Source: Octopus vulgaris (taxonomy: Eukaryota). From it: 64,000 nt of DNA. The translations under genes and the position numbers were made by a program. A model generated the notes under the pieces. It saw nothing but the letters and a program-made list of their open reading frames with translations. It was not told where the DNA came from and ran no database searches. The DNA lies in assembly GCA_951406725.2 (NCBI GenBank), contig OX597822.1:23436001-23500000 (forward strand), written 5' to 3'. Below, in pieces: positions 1-12,082 of the stretch (position 1 is the stretch's first letter; the number at the start of each line of letters is the position of its first letter).

Positions 1-189
1 AATTACAGTTGGACATATGCATAAATGTATATACGTGTATCTACGTCTGTGTGCGAGTATGTGTACATGCATGTATGTATGTATGTGTACATGCCTGTCT
101 GTATATTTACAAGTATGTATGGATGCGTGTAAATATGTGTTTTCCTTTTTCTCTTTTTAATTTAGAGTTATGTGCGGCTAACTACTCAT

Positions 190-420
190 AAGTGGTTGTC
201 GGAGTGGCCATCACTCAGAAGTGGTTTTCTGCGAATTTCTATGATTTCTCAAGCCTCAATTTCTGGCCTCCTAATTCCTCCCATTTGCAATCTCATGTGA
301 GGTGCGGTTGAGAAAGACACCAACCGCTCTGCTTGTAACACCAAGGTGAAGAACGTATTGCCAGTTTTCGGAGCCGTTTTGAGGCTGTGATGGAAGCTGA
401 GGGCAGCTGATTTAAGTAAA
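190..420 (+). mobile_element. Tc1/mariner (maT/DD37D-like) transposase C-terminal relic
   Basis: Reads NFWPPNSSHLQ...GAVEKDTN...FRSRFEAVMEAEG, the degenerate WPPNSPDLNP motif and C-terminus; similar to 1567-1850 and 7768-8020. Confidence 0.65.
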
Positions 421-654
421 GTGTTATCTCCCAGCCAGAATCTAGTTGATATATTCTGGCTTTTTAAAAAATACTTTCATTTTTAGATGCGACATTGTGT
501 ATTGTTTTCATTTTAAGCAAATTATGAAATTTAACTCGTACAACCTGTATACATATATGTATGCGACCATATACACATGGGAACAGACAATAATATCATT
601 GATTATGTAAATTTTATTATATGCTAAGCGTTTTGAATACGTTACATATGTTGA

Positions 655-826
655 GTGTGCTCTTTGACTGTCAGTTACGTGGTAAGAAGTTTTCTTCTCA
701 ACCACAGGGTTCTTGGTTCAATCCCACTACGTGGCAACTTGGATAAGTATTTTCTACTATAGCCACGGGCCAACCAAAGCCTTGTGAATAGATTCGGTTA
801 ACGAAAAATGAAAGAAGTCCTTCGTG
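655..826 (+). mobile_element. SINE family A, degenerate 5' half
   Basis: Matches the head of 8699-9155 (ggttcaatcccactacgtggc...ccaaagccttgtga); ends at the internal (TA)n. Confidence 0.75.
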
Positions 827-843
827 TATATATATATATATAT

Positions 844-1093
844 ATCACATGACCGACCAGGCTATCAGATGTTGCTACACATCGCTGGTCACAATACGCT
901 TCGCATTGTTTTAGCCTTCAAATGACGCCACCCCGCTGGCTAAACGAGCAGGCCAACAGAAGAAAGAGTGCTGGAGCCTCGTGGAGCTATAGGTGTTTTC
1001 CCTCAATAAACACTCACAATGCCCGGTCTGGGTATCGGAACCGCGATCCTATGACCGCGAGTCCGCTGCCCTAACCACTGGGCCATTGTGCCT

Positions 1094-1097
<4 letters not shown>
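844..1097 (-). mobile_element. tRNA-derived SINE family C
   Basis: Minus strand starts gtggaggcacaatggcccagtggttagggcagcggactcgcgg with A/B-box-like motifs; same head at 35936(-) and 57257(+); tail repeated at 7328-7440. Confidence 0.85.
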
Positions 1098-1136
<39 letters not shown>

Positions 1137-1138
<2 letters not shown>

Positions 1139-1965
1139 GGGTGCGATGGGTGAATTGTCGTCATTTTATATTTTTTATTTATTGCGCAATATTTGCTTTT
1201 GATTTTGTCGACTACACAGTCTGTGAGAAGAACAGTACCATGACGCAATTCACCCTGCCAGAAATTTGGAAACGACATGCTGTACCGCTTGGCATTCGCG
1301 CCGGAAGCTCCAATACGAACAGATGGTGAACACACTGAACAACCGTTGGCTTCCCGTGTCACCAAAAGATGTACCGACAGTGATAAAAATAAAACATCCA
1401 GTCAACATCATGGTGTTTGGAGTGATCACAAGTGATGGCGACGTTGTGCCTCCATTCATCTTCCCACACGGTCTCAGACTCAACACGCAGATCTACATCA
1501 AGTGCCTGGAGGAGGTAGTGATGTCCTGGGTCAAGACCATATGTCTGGCAAACAGGACTCTGCACCATGCCACACAAGCAGGAGAACCCAGTATGGATGT
1601 CTGACGATTTCTACGATCACATCACCTCTAACATCTGGCTACCAGACTGCAACTCCTTTGATTATTATGTGTGGGATGCAGTTGAGCGAGAGACCAACAA
1701 AACTCCTTGTAACACCAAAGATGAACTGAAGGCAAGAATTATAACAGCATTCAGCAACTTAAACAAGGAGACCGTCCAGAAGAGTTGCGGGAGATTCTGA
1801 AGTCGTCTGGAGACCGTGGTTGAAGTCAATGGCGATTTTATTGAATGAATATACTTTTTAGTATTTCAAGATATTTCTATGTAATTTTGGTAAATATATC
1901 TGTTAAAATGAGATGTTAGTGTTATTTTCATTTTTGCGTAATTTAGGCGACAGTTTATTTACCGT
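1137..1965 (+). mobile_element. Internally deleted Tc1/mariner (maT/DD37D-like) element
   Basis: ORFs 1266-1604 (KHPVNIMVFGVITSDG..PFIFPHGLRLN) and 1567-1800 (DYYVWDAVERETNK..KDELKARI) are DDD transposase fragments with frameshifts; ends are imperfect inverted repeats. Confidence 0.85.
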
Positions 1966-2150
1966 TCAACTGCACTCAACGCATAATAACCAAGGAAGGG
2001 GAGTTAGGTGGCCAGATGTTAGGGGTGATGCGATCGCAGAAATTGTCTGACAGCCATAACTGGGTGCTCCTGCTTGTGTGACATGGTGCAGAGTCCTGCA
2101 GCCACCCTCTTGACCCCAGGGCAGCACTACCTCCTCCAGGCACTTCATGT
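1966..2150 (-). mobile_element. Second diverged fragment of the same Tc1/mariner family
   Basis: KCLEEVVLPW, QDSAPCHTSR and IWPPNSP on the minus strand; homologous but not identical to 1495-1690. Confidence 0.8.
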
Positions 2151-2164
2151 ATATATATATAAAT

Positions 2165-2234
<70 letters not shown>

Positions 2235-2262
2235 TTTAAAGCAGGTTTAAACAAGTATTTTT

Positions 2263-2348
2263 ACTTTCTACATATGTTTCGAAAATTCCACTGATACTAT
2301 TCAAAAGAATAAAAGGTATAAACAATGCAATCTTCTCTTCGGGAAAGT
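2263..2348 (-). ncRNA. Mirror copy of the hammerhead motif in the left arm
   Basis: Exact reverse complement of 2740-2825. Confidence 0.7.
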
Positions 2349-2739
2349 GAAAAAACGAAACTCGTCAATACGACATTTTAGCAAAAAATGATGGATTCGT
2401 ATAGCGATAGACAGAACGCTATTAATATTGTTTAAAAAAACGTTATATGATATAACGTCATAAGTAGCTAACAGAAAGAGTAGGGATATTAATAGTGAAT
2501 GTTAAATATAAAGGAAATTAAAGTTTAAACTATATATAATGATAGAGACTACTTATAGTTTAAACTTTAATTTCCTTTATATTTAACATTCACTATTAAT
2601 ATCCCTACTCTTTCTGTTAGCTACTTATGACGTTATATCATATAACGTTTTTTTAAACAATATTAATAGCGTTCTGTCTATCGCTATACGAATCCATCAT
2701 TTTTTGCTAAAATGTCGTATTGACGAGTTTCGTTTTTTC

Positions 2740-2825
2740 ACTTTCCCGAAGAGAAGATTGCATTGTTTATACCTTTTATTCTTTTGAATAGTATCAGTGG
2801 AATTTTCGAAACATATGTAGAAAGT
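2740..2825 (+). ncRNA. Type I hammerhead ribozyme motif (U4C core variant)
   Basis: Stem I actttc/gaaagt; core ccgaaga; stem II gaagatt/aattttc; gaa; palindromic stem III acatatgt; predicted cleavage after A2819. Confidence 0.7.
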
Positions 2826-3013
2826 AAAAATACTTGTTTAAACCTGCGTTAACTCCATTTTTTATTCATATTATTCAAAATATTCAACGTAAACACGAAG
2901 TTTCAACCTTTATAAACAAGGAGTTACAACATCTTTACTTGTGAGATTTTTGCTGCCCTGGTAACTATTTATTTATTTTTCCGTGTTAATTGTTAACAAG
3001 GTAAAATACACTC

Positions 3014-3081
<68 letters not shown>

Positions 3082-3084
3082 GTG

Positions 3085-3270
3085 TGTCTCTTGACAACCC
3101 GTATTGATGTGTTTACGTAGTCTTAACTTTGCAGCAAAAAGCGACCGATAAAATAAGGATCAGATTAATAAAAAAAAAATGTCCTGGGGTTGATTTGTTA
3201 GACGAAAATTCTTCAAGGCGGTGCCCCAGCATGCCCATAGACGAATGACTGAAACAAGTCAAAGAAAAAA
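3085..3270 (+). mobile_element. SINE family A, 3' half
   Basis: cttgacaacc...tcctggggttgatttg...aggcggtgccccagcatg...aatgactgaaacaagt matches the 3' half of 8699-9155. Confidence 0.75.
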
Positions 3271-4069
3271 GAAGATATCTATTTACTCTACTCAACGTAT
3301 TGAGTTTTATATTAGATAATGTCTGCAGTTTGTATTTTTTAATACGCTTCACAACTTTTCGATTGCGGTGTATAAATGTTGTATATGTATGTATGTATGT
3401 AAGCATACACAAACACACACACACGCACGCATGTACACACACACACACACATAGTGTGTCCCTAAATTACCTTTACAATTTGAAGCGTAGAAGTGTGGAA
3501 GATGTAAAGCTAATTTACACACACACACACACGCACACGCACTTAAATTCGACATTTAAACAAGCGGTTCTCTATATATGTCATGCACGTAACCAGATAG
3601 TGGGGTGCAACAGGTTCGGATGAAACCCACCTGCAACTCAATGCAAGTATAATGATTATTTAACCTAATTCAAATTCTGCGGTTTTTCGTCAATTAGACG
3701 ACTAATGTTGGTTCCAAATGAATAATTCAGGACTTCCTCGGTCGAAATGCTGACTACGCCCATATGTGTGAGTACGTGCGCGCGTTTGTGTTCGTGTTTG
3801 AGTGTTTGTGTGTGTAGGAACAGTATGGTTGATTCGTTGAGTTTGTTTCGCATCCACGTGGTGTAGGATTCGATTCCAGTGCGTTGCATCTTGTGCAAAT
3901 ATAATTTCCTCGAGAAGATCCACGTCATGTGAGTATGACTCGGTCGACAGAGACCGTGCAAAAGCTCGTTTGGGTGGATTGTACTGGTGATATATAAGCT
4001 GCAGTGCCATACGAAAAACATTGTGCCACACTGATTCTGCCTCTGCGAACTACGTATGTATGTAAGTAT

Positions 4070-4128
<59 letters not shown>

Positions 4129-4141
4129 TATATATATATAT

Positions 4142-4530
4142 ATTTTTTCGTTCGGCGTTAACAGCCCTTCTTATCTTGTTTTTCCTTGTCCTGTCTTTTA
4201 CTGTTTATAATTTGTACTGTCGTTACTGTCCTGTTTTTGTTACCATTTTTTACCCCTCTGCGAAAAGATCTCAGAATTTTAATTGATTTGCTTTTCGCAG
4301 GAAGGAAAGTTTCTTGTCGAAGATACGTCTCGCTTTTATCCTTCGAAACGTAGAGTAGATGAAACCATAGCGACTGAAGAAGGTTTTTTTTCTTTGTGTT
4401 AATTGTCCTGTACTCTATTTTTTTGTTGTTTTAAAAAAATGTCCAGTTCCTTTGGTTTGTGTCTATGTTTTCGTTTCTCATTGTGTTCGACGTCCTTTTG
4501 GTGTCCTGTACTCATATATGCGTGTATATG
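4142..4530 (+). mobile_element. Short T-rich dispersed repeat (putative PLE pseudo-LTR family, cgaaa...ctgaNgaagg)
   Basis: ccttcgaaacgtagagtagatgaaaccatagcgactgaagaagg plus T-rich tail, homologous to 50880-51085(-); abuts (TA)n. Confidence 0.5.
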
Positions 4531-5080
4531 TACATGTAGAGGTAGGTACGTACATATATGTTTATATATATGCATATGTTTTATTTTATTTATCAATACA
4601 TATATATATACAATTTATAAGTAAGAGCAGAAGAAAAAATTTCTAATGCCTAAATATGCCGAAAAAAGACACTACGTCAATAACCATGTAATTTATCACT
4701 ACAATCACATGTTTCAAACAAAGCCGACAGAAATTTCTAAAAAATTCCGTTAATACCATATCGGAGCCGATTTCAGAGTTAGTTCATAAGAACCTTCTCT
4801 TTATCAGTGATTTGTCATAAGAGATAAATGCGGTAAAAGAAATAAGTGAAATACTTACTCATACCCATGGAAGAAGCAAGCACTAAGCCACAAGCACAAT
4901 TAAGTACCCCAAATATATCCAAAATAGAAATTCTCTAGCACACCTCGAGACACGTGTGATTCGAACCGAAAAGCTCTTTTAAAGTGAGAGAGTCCGGAAG
5001 TGAACACTATTAAATTAACATCTAATATAGGATAGAATTTTTCGAAAAATTTTATATATATATATATGTATATATGTGAA

Positions 5081-5342
5081 ATAAATAAATGCGCCCTTTT
5101 AAAGCCTAGCCAGGCTCATGGGCCCAGTTTCCCAGTTTCGATGGTGTATGTGTTCCCCAGCTGGATGGGACGCCAGTCCATCGCAGCGTTACTCATTTTT
5201 GCCAGCTGAGTGGACTGGAGCAACGTGAAATGAAGTGTTTTGCTCAAGAACACAACGCGTCGCCCGGTCCAGGAATCGAAACCACAATCTTACGATCACT
5301 AACCACTAAGCCACGTGCCTCCAACCACTAAGCCACGTGCCT

Positions 5343-5346
<4 letters not shown>
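5081..5346 (-). mobile_element. tRNA-derived SINE family D (CORE-like central domain)
   Basis: Head ggaggcacgtggcttagtggttag, B-box ggtttcgattcc, core ttcttgagcaaaacacttc...gtccactcagctggcaaaaatgagt; a 22-bp 5' piece is duplicated (5301-5344). Confidence 0.8.
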
Positions 5347-5380
<34 letters not shown>

Positions 5381-5559
5381 TTATAAGGTAAGTATTTAAT
5401 CATGAAAATGATTATATCAGTGGCTTAATACATAAAAACGACCGTATAGGTAACATTAATTTGTTTTACGTATATAATTATAAAAATATAATTATAGTTA
5501 AGATCTACTGGAAATGATTCTCATGTGAATCTTTGGCGATTTTCTTCTTCCGCCTTCCT

Positions 5560-5710
5560 TTCTATTGAACTTTCTTCTGTTTCCGAAGACGAGCGCCTGC
5601 TCGACACGTTAAATCATCTTTCTTTTTTTCCCTGAGCGTCTGCTAATACATTACATGTACCACGTCTTCGCGTTGTTTTTTGTGTTTGTTCTTTTTGGGA
5701 TTAAATTTAT
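5560..5710 (+). mobile_element. Degenerate copy of HHR-bearing PLE-derived repeat
   Basis: ccgaaga-c-gagc-gcct-gctc-gac-acgt at about 5583-5609, followed by cctgagcgtc..ctaataca as in 29320-29495 and 30085-30295. Confidence 0.55.
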
Positions 5711-5847
5711 ACCGCACGCTCACACGGACCCCGGCCTTCTGACTGACTTTGGAGTACATAATTCGTGGAAATCTTCTACCATCGGATTACATTACCTTGT
5801 TCATTCGGAATACGCCATTTCTACACCTTGATTGAGAATCACATACT

Positions 5848-6050
5848 TGTTTACTTGTTTCAGTCATTTGACTGCGGCCATGCTGGAGCACCGCCTTTAA
5901 TCGAGCAAATCGACCCCGGAACTTATTCTTTGTAAGCCCAGTACTTATTCTATCGTTCTCTTTTGCCGAACCGCTAAGTAACGGGGATGTAAACACACCA
6001 GCATCGGTTGTCAAGCAATGCTAGAGGGACAAACACAGACACACAAACAT
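5848..6050 (-). mobile_element. SINE family A, 3' half
   Basis: Reverse complement of the 8950-9155 segment. Confidence 0.85.
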
Positions 6051-6060
6051 ATGTACATAT

Positions 6061-7290
6061 TTTTTCAATTGCATGAACTAAAAGCCAGAGGAGGGAATAA
6101 ACTACCTGCACCAACTTGCTATAAAAGCAGGTATTAATTTTATCTTGTCCTTATTCTTAGTGCAAGTTTTGAAGAGTGCAGTTCAATTTTAACAGTTATT
6201 TTTTCAAAGCTATAATGGAAGTGACAAAGGAGCATATTCGGCATATTTTGCTTTATGAGTTCAATAAAGGTAACAATGCAACAGAAAGTGCAAGGAATAT
6301 TTATGCAGTACATGGGGATTGGGCAATAAGCGTTAGCCAGTGTCAACGGTAGTTCCAGATATTCCGACCCGGAAACTACAGCCTAGAAGACGATCCTTGT
6401 CCTGGAAGATCTGTGGAGCTCGACGAGGACGTCCAATAAAGCCTGGTGGAACAAAATTCCATCGTAAGTGTTCAGGAACTAGCAGAGAAACTTGGATTTG
6501 GTCATTCAACCATTCATCGACACCTACGTGTCATCAGAAAACTGGGTCAATGAGTTCTTCACAAACTTTCCAAGTCTAATCGCGCGCAGAGACTGAATGC
6601 GTTCTCTTCTTTACTGTCACGTCTCACGAATCAGTGACTGGTGACGAGAAATGGGTTCTCTACAAAAACGTCAAGCGCTGAGGACAGTGGGTAGGGAAAG
6701 GAGAAACACCGGCTCCCCAGGCTGAAGGTCTTCACCTACGTAAGGTGTTGTTATCTGTTAGGTGGGTTATGAAAGGTTTAGTCTACTTTGAACTTTTAAA
6801 CCCAAACCAAACGATAACAAAGGAGATCTACTGTGAACAGCTCAAGCGGCTTAAGTCATCGCTAGAACAAAAACGACCATCTTTGGTTTCAAGACGAAAG
6901 GTTTTCTTCCATCAGGATAATGCTCAGCCACATACCGTGAGGATGACTTTCGAAAGGCTGCAGCAGTTCGAATGGGAAACGATGCTTCTCCCACCATATT
7001 CGCCGGGTATTGCTCCATCTAATTATAATTTCTTCCGCAGTCTTCAAATTTATTTGGACGGGAAAATATGAATTCTGTAGACGAAGTCAGTACAGAACTG
7101 AAAGATTAGTTTTCATCACGGACAAGTGAATTTTGGAAGAGGGGTGGGGGGCTTGCAAGTCTACTAGATAGATGGAACAGAATTGTAGAAAGTAAAAGAG
7201 AGTATATTTTAGAAAAATAAAAGAACTTTGCTTATCTTAATTTTGAAAAATTAGAATATAAAAACCCGCATAATTTATGGGATGAATGAC
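6061..7290 (+). mobile_element. Mariner (DD34D) transposon relic with transposase pseudogene
   Basis: MEVTKEHIRHILLYEFNKG.., VTGDEKWVLY, FFHQDNAQPH, PPYSPGIAPSNY; stops and frameshifts; right end taatttatgggatga resembles the TIR of 15817-17079; left TIR not seen. Confidence 0.9.
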
Positions 7291-7303
7291 ACAATATATG
7301 TAG

Positions 7304-7335
<32 letters not shown>

Positions 7336-7435
7336 ACCGACCAGGCTATCAGATGTTACTACACATCGCTGATCACAATGCGTTTTGCATTGTTTTAGCC
7401 TTCAAATGACGCCACCCCGCTGGCTAAGCGACCAG

Positions 7436-7469
<34 letters not shown>

Positions 7470-7473
<4 letters not shown>

Positions 7474-7750
7474 TGGCACTCCGTCGGTTACGTGGACGAG
7501 AGTTCCACTTGATCCGATCAACAGAACAGCCTGCTCGTGAAATTAACCTGCACGTGGCTGAGCACTCCACAGACACGCGCACCCTTAACGTAGTTCTCAA
7601 GGAAATTCAGCGTGACACAGAATGCGACAAGGTTGGTCCTTTTTGAAATACAGTTACTACTGATTTTTGCCGGCTCAGTAGACTGGGGCAACGTGAAATA
7701 AAGTGTCTTGCTCAAGGACACAACGCGTCTACGGGAATTGAACTCACGAT
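7470..7750 (-). mobile_element. SINE family D variant with alternative 3' body
   Basis: Shares gtccttgagcaagacactttatttcacgttg core; body tacgttaagggt..gtctgtggagtgctcagccac also at 60683-61030 and 37440-37665. Confidence 0.8.
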
Positions 7751-7754
7751 CTAT

Positions 7755-8150
7755 CACACAGGAATGAATGGGTGAAAATTTTCATGATCACATAACCCCT
7801 AACATTTGGTCTCATAATTCCCCAGATCTCAATCCATTGGACACGTGGAGTGTTGTTGAGAGAGAGGTCAATGAACACACCCATGAAACCAAAGATTCTT
7901 TGAAAGCTGTCATAGTCAGAGTAATGTCCAAAATGAACCAGGACCACTTGATTCGAGAATGTAGATGATTTATATCGCATATAGAAGCAGTTGTTGAAGC
8001 TGATGGTAGCTTTATTAAATAACATTATAGACAAGGTTTATTTTATCCTCATAGCATTTTTTGATAAATAAAGTTATTCTCTGTTATATATCTGGTTTTT
8101 TTTTATATATAAACATAAATCTTGTCCTCAAATACCTTACGCACCCAGTA
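7755..8150 (+). mobile_element. Tc1/mariner (maT-like) 3' fragment
   Basis: ORF 7768-7968 IWSHNSPDLNPLDTWSVVERE..KDSLKAVI; ends in a TIR-like ccttacgcacccagta. Confidence 0.85.
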
Positions 8151-8698
8151 CACACACACACACATTTGTTTGTGTGCATATGTACTTTTGTCTTCATATC
8201 GCTGAAATTCCTGTCGATGCTTGACTACAGTTTAACCACAAAATAGTGCAACTATGATCAAAGCCGTCCCTGTCGTGCTCATTTCTTCATTTCGCAAGAC
8301 ATAGTTAAATCTAGGACCTCATTAGCCAATATCTATCCTCTTCTCTTAAGCAATACTTGAGGTTTGCGTAAGAGACATTTGAACTCCATTTCTACTAAAC
8401 ACATCGAAAGACAGATTATTTTTATATTCAAATTCTTTTATTCCTTTGTTCTTTTGTTCCTTTCAGGCGTTTGACTGCGGCCATGCTGGAGCACCGCCCA
8501 AGGTGTCACACAGCAGGATTGAACCCGGAAACTTGGTTGGGAAGCAAGGCTCTTACCACACAACAACACCTACGCCTATCATACCTAATGCATATACACC
8601 GTTTTGATAGGCCCGTTACTGCGGTATTCCTCCTGATAATCTTTTATGGACGTGCTATGATTAAACAAAAAACAGAAGTGGCTGTATGGTAAGTAGTT

Positions 8699-8861
8699 AG
8701 GCGCAGGAGTGGTTGTGTGGTAAGTAGCTTGCTTACAAACCACATGGTTCTGGGTTCAGTCCCACTGCGTGGCATCTTGGGCAAGTGTCTTTTACTATAG
8801 CCTCGGGCCGACCAAAGCCTTGTGAGTGAATTTGGTAGACGGAAACTGAAAGAAGCCTGTC

Positions 8862-8912
<51 letters not shown>

Positions 8913-9155
8913 CGTGTGTGTGTGTGTGTGTATGTATGTGTGTGTGTGTTTGTGTGTCTGTGTTTGCCCCCACACCACCATCGCTTGACAACCGATGCTA
9001 GTGTGTTTGCGTTCCCGTTATCTAGCGGTTCGGCAAAAGAGACCGATAGAATAAGTACTAGGCTTACAAAGAATAAGTCCTGCGATCGATTTGCTCGACT
9101 AAAGGCGGTGATCCAGCATGGCCGCAGTCAAATGACTGAAACAAGTAAAAGAGTA
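8699..9155 (+). mobile_element. Full-length SINE family A with internal (TA)n(TG)n microsatellite
   Basis: tRNA-like head ggcgcaggagtggttgtgtggtaag..ggttcagtccc; conserved 5' and 3' halves separated by a simple repeat; many copies in window. Confidence 0.9.
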
Positions 9156-9271
9156 AAATAGTAGCATCGGAGGGAGACGAAGATCGCTTTACCAGCGGCC
9201 AGCGAGAACACCAGATGCGATTCAACGTTGGGGGTCTTTGGTCAGCTGTAGTTTGCTCACATATCTATATG

Positions 9272-9503
9272 TATTTCTTTACTACCCACAAGGGGCTAAA
9301 CACAGAGGGGATAAACAAGGACAGACAAACGGATTAAGTGGATTACATCGACGCCAGTGCATAACTGGTGCTTAAATTATCGACCCCGAAAGGACGAAAG
9401 GCAAAGTCGACCTCGGCGGAATTTGAACCCAGAAGGTAACGGCAGACGAAATACCGCTAAGCATTTCGCCCGGCGTGCTAACGTTTCTGCCAGCTCGCCG
9501 CCT
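9272..9503 (-). mobile_element. SINE family B (central gcctttcatcctttcggggtcgataa domain)
   Basis: Near full length; flanked by tcaca(t/c)atctatatgt direct repeats (9257-9272 and 9505-9520). Confidence 0.9.
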
Positions 9504-9978
9504 TTCACACATCTATATGTTACTGATAAGGGGGTTTTAGATCTCGTTTTTCTTCTTTTTTTTTTAAATACATTATTAGTGTTTGTTCAGCGTTTGCTGT
9601 GATGCCGTTTGTGTTTCGCTTTATGAGGACTTTTTTATTGCTTTCTGTAGCCTGTTCTGTAGTCTGTTCTGTAGCCTGATCTGTAATTTATTTCATTCGT
9701 ATTATAGTCCACTTTTCTATAAAATATATATAGCTTTAAGAAAGGTAAATGCTTACTATTTTCGCTGCATTGTGTTTATAGCTGTCTCTTTCTCGGTCTG
9801 TCTGTCTGTCTGTCTGTTTCTTTCTCTCTATATTTAATATATACACGTCTGTGTGCTTGCGCGTGAGTGAGTGTCTTTATACTGATATTTTTATAATATA
9901 ATATATCAAATATATACCTATGTATGTATGTATGTATGTATGTATGTATGTATGTATGTATGTATGTATGTATATATA

Positions 9979-10038
<60 letters not shown>

Positions 10039-10166
10039 GATACATATATATATTATATACGATACATATTTATGTGTGTGTTTGCATATGTATCTCTGTG
10101 TATATGTGAATGTATATGCAAATTTGTATATAATATACATCGTACACACATATACACACATATAGC

Positions 10167-10276
<110 letters not shown>

Positions 10277-10526
10277 CTGGTTTTATTATACATTAAAACA
10301 ACACAAATACATAAACACATAAACCCACCAATATACACAAATAACCAAATCTAACTCCCATTACAAGCACCAAAAGTCAGAGTATGGAAACCAAACATCA
10401 AAGCTGTCCCTAAATCCGTTCCCACAAACCCATTAAAATATTAACATTAATAATATATAAACCATTACTGCTTCTTCGTACTTGGAACTTATGAACGTGG
10501 TCTTGTCTCTGGCTATCCGGGATTTA

Positions 10527-10580
<54 letters not shown>

Positions 10581-10623
10581 GTGTGTGTTTATATATTTAT
10601 ATGTGTTTTCATTTATTTATATG

Positions 10624-10687
<64 letters not shown>

Positions 10688-10822
10688 CATGTATCATGTA
10701 TGTATATGTATGTATGTATGTATATATGTATGTATGTATGTATGAATGTATATATGCATGTATGTATGTGTGTATATATATATACACATGTGTGTGTTTA
10801 TATATTTATATGTATGTGTGTA

Positions 10823-10933
<111 letters not shown>

Positions 10934-11597
10934 GCACACACACACAAATATATGCGCAGACATATAATCACACGCACACGAGTTTTGTGTCACGTGTGTG
11001 AATTCTCGACGTTGATGTTCACAATCCGCCTCCGCCCCACCGATTGTCATACGGCAGGTGTGTGTCGAGAACGTGAATTCATGTATGTAAAATTATGAAG
11101 AGATGGTATTCGTGTATGTGTGTGTGTAAGTGTGTATGTGTGTGCGCGCGTGTGTGTGTGTATATGTTACTAAAAATAATCCGGGTTCACGACACACCCA
11201 CACTTACACTCTGTATACATTTAAACACTTTTACTCTCATGCAAGCCTCTCTATGTGTATGTGAGTATATACATACATATTATTATTGTTTTTTTTTTAT
11301 TGTATTTTGTATTTATATCCGTGCAACATCGTCTGTTTTCCCGTCCTTGTTTCGTATACATTCGTTGCTTTTTTCCAAGGAATCTAATGCTCTTAGGTTA
11401 GTTTTTCCTTGGCGCTGGCCAGATTGGAGCAATCTCAAGATTAATCAGCCAATATAGCGAGGATGATCCGGTTCTTGACTGAAGATAAAAGGCTCCGAAT
11501 GACCTGTCCGTTTCTTTGTATCGTCTATCTGGATGTTTTGTTGTCCCCTTTTGTATCACCTAGTGTGCCGGATGTTTTGAGTTCTTGTCCCATTTTG

Positions 11598-11669
<72 letters not shown>

Positions 11670-11851
11670 GTTTACCTTTCACTGGTTTTCGCTAGAGGCT
11701 GAGCCCATGTTGGAGCTGCTCTTCTTTGTGCCTCCTTCTGCAATGTACAATTATTTGGCATCTCAGATTCAAATCTATCCAGATGCTCTTTGAAGACCTC
11801 CTCATCTACACCTCACAAAACTCTGAGGTTGTTTGGCAGAATGTTGAATAG

Positions 11852-12082
11852 GCGGCGAGATGGCAGAAACGTTAGCGCACCGGACGAAATGCTTAGCCGT
11901 TTTTCGTCTGCCGTAATGTTCTGAGTTCAAATTCCGCCGAGGTCGACTTTGCCTTTCATTCTTTTCGGGATCGATAAATAAAGTACCAGTTACGCACTGG
12001 GGTCGATGTAATCGACTTAATCCGTTTGTCTGTCCTTGTCTGTTCCCTCTATGTTTAGCCCCTTGTGGGCAAGAAAGAAATA
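11852..12082 (+). mobile_element. Full-length SINE family B inserted in the LINE
   Basis: 14-bp TSD agaatgttgaatag at 11838-11851 and 12083-12096. Confidence 0.93.

Larger units (their letters stand above)
2241..2847. repeat. Perfect 294-bp inverted repeat with 19-nt spacer (inverted pseudo-LTR of a Penelope-like element)
   Basis: 2241-2534 is the reverse complement of 2554-2847 (no mismatch found by eye); spacer tataatgatagagactact; the unit 2230-3020 lies between two (TA)n tracts. Confidence 0.95.

Noticed and set aside
1040-1097. tRNA-like sequences at SINE heads (also 35880-35936, 57257-57330, 60960-61030)
   Set aside because: They continue into SINE bodies and lack a complete acceptor stem; not tRNA genes.
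1495-2150. Local inverted duplication of the Tc1 fragment
   Set aside because: The two copies differ by many substitutions and indels, which fits independent insertions better.
4700-4815. HHR-like motif on the minus strand (ctgataa...gaaacatgtgatt)
   Set aside because: Core G8 is mutated and stem II could not be folded; too degenerate to call.
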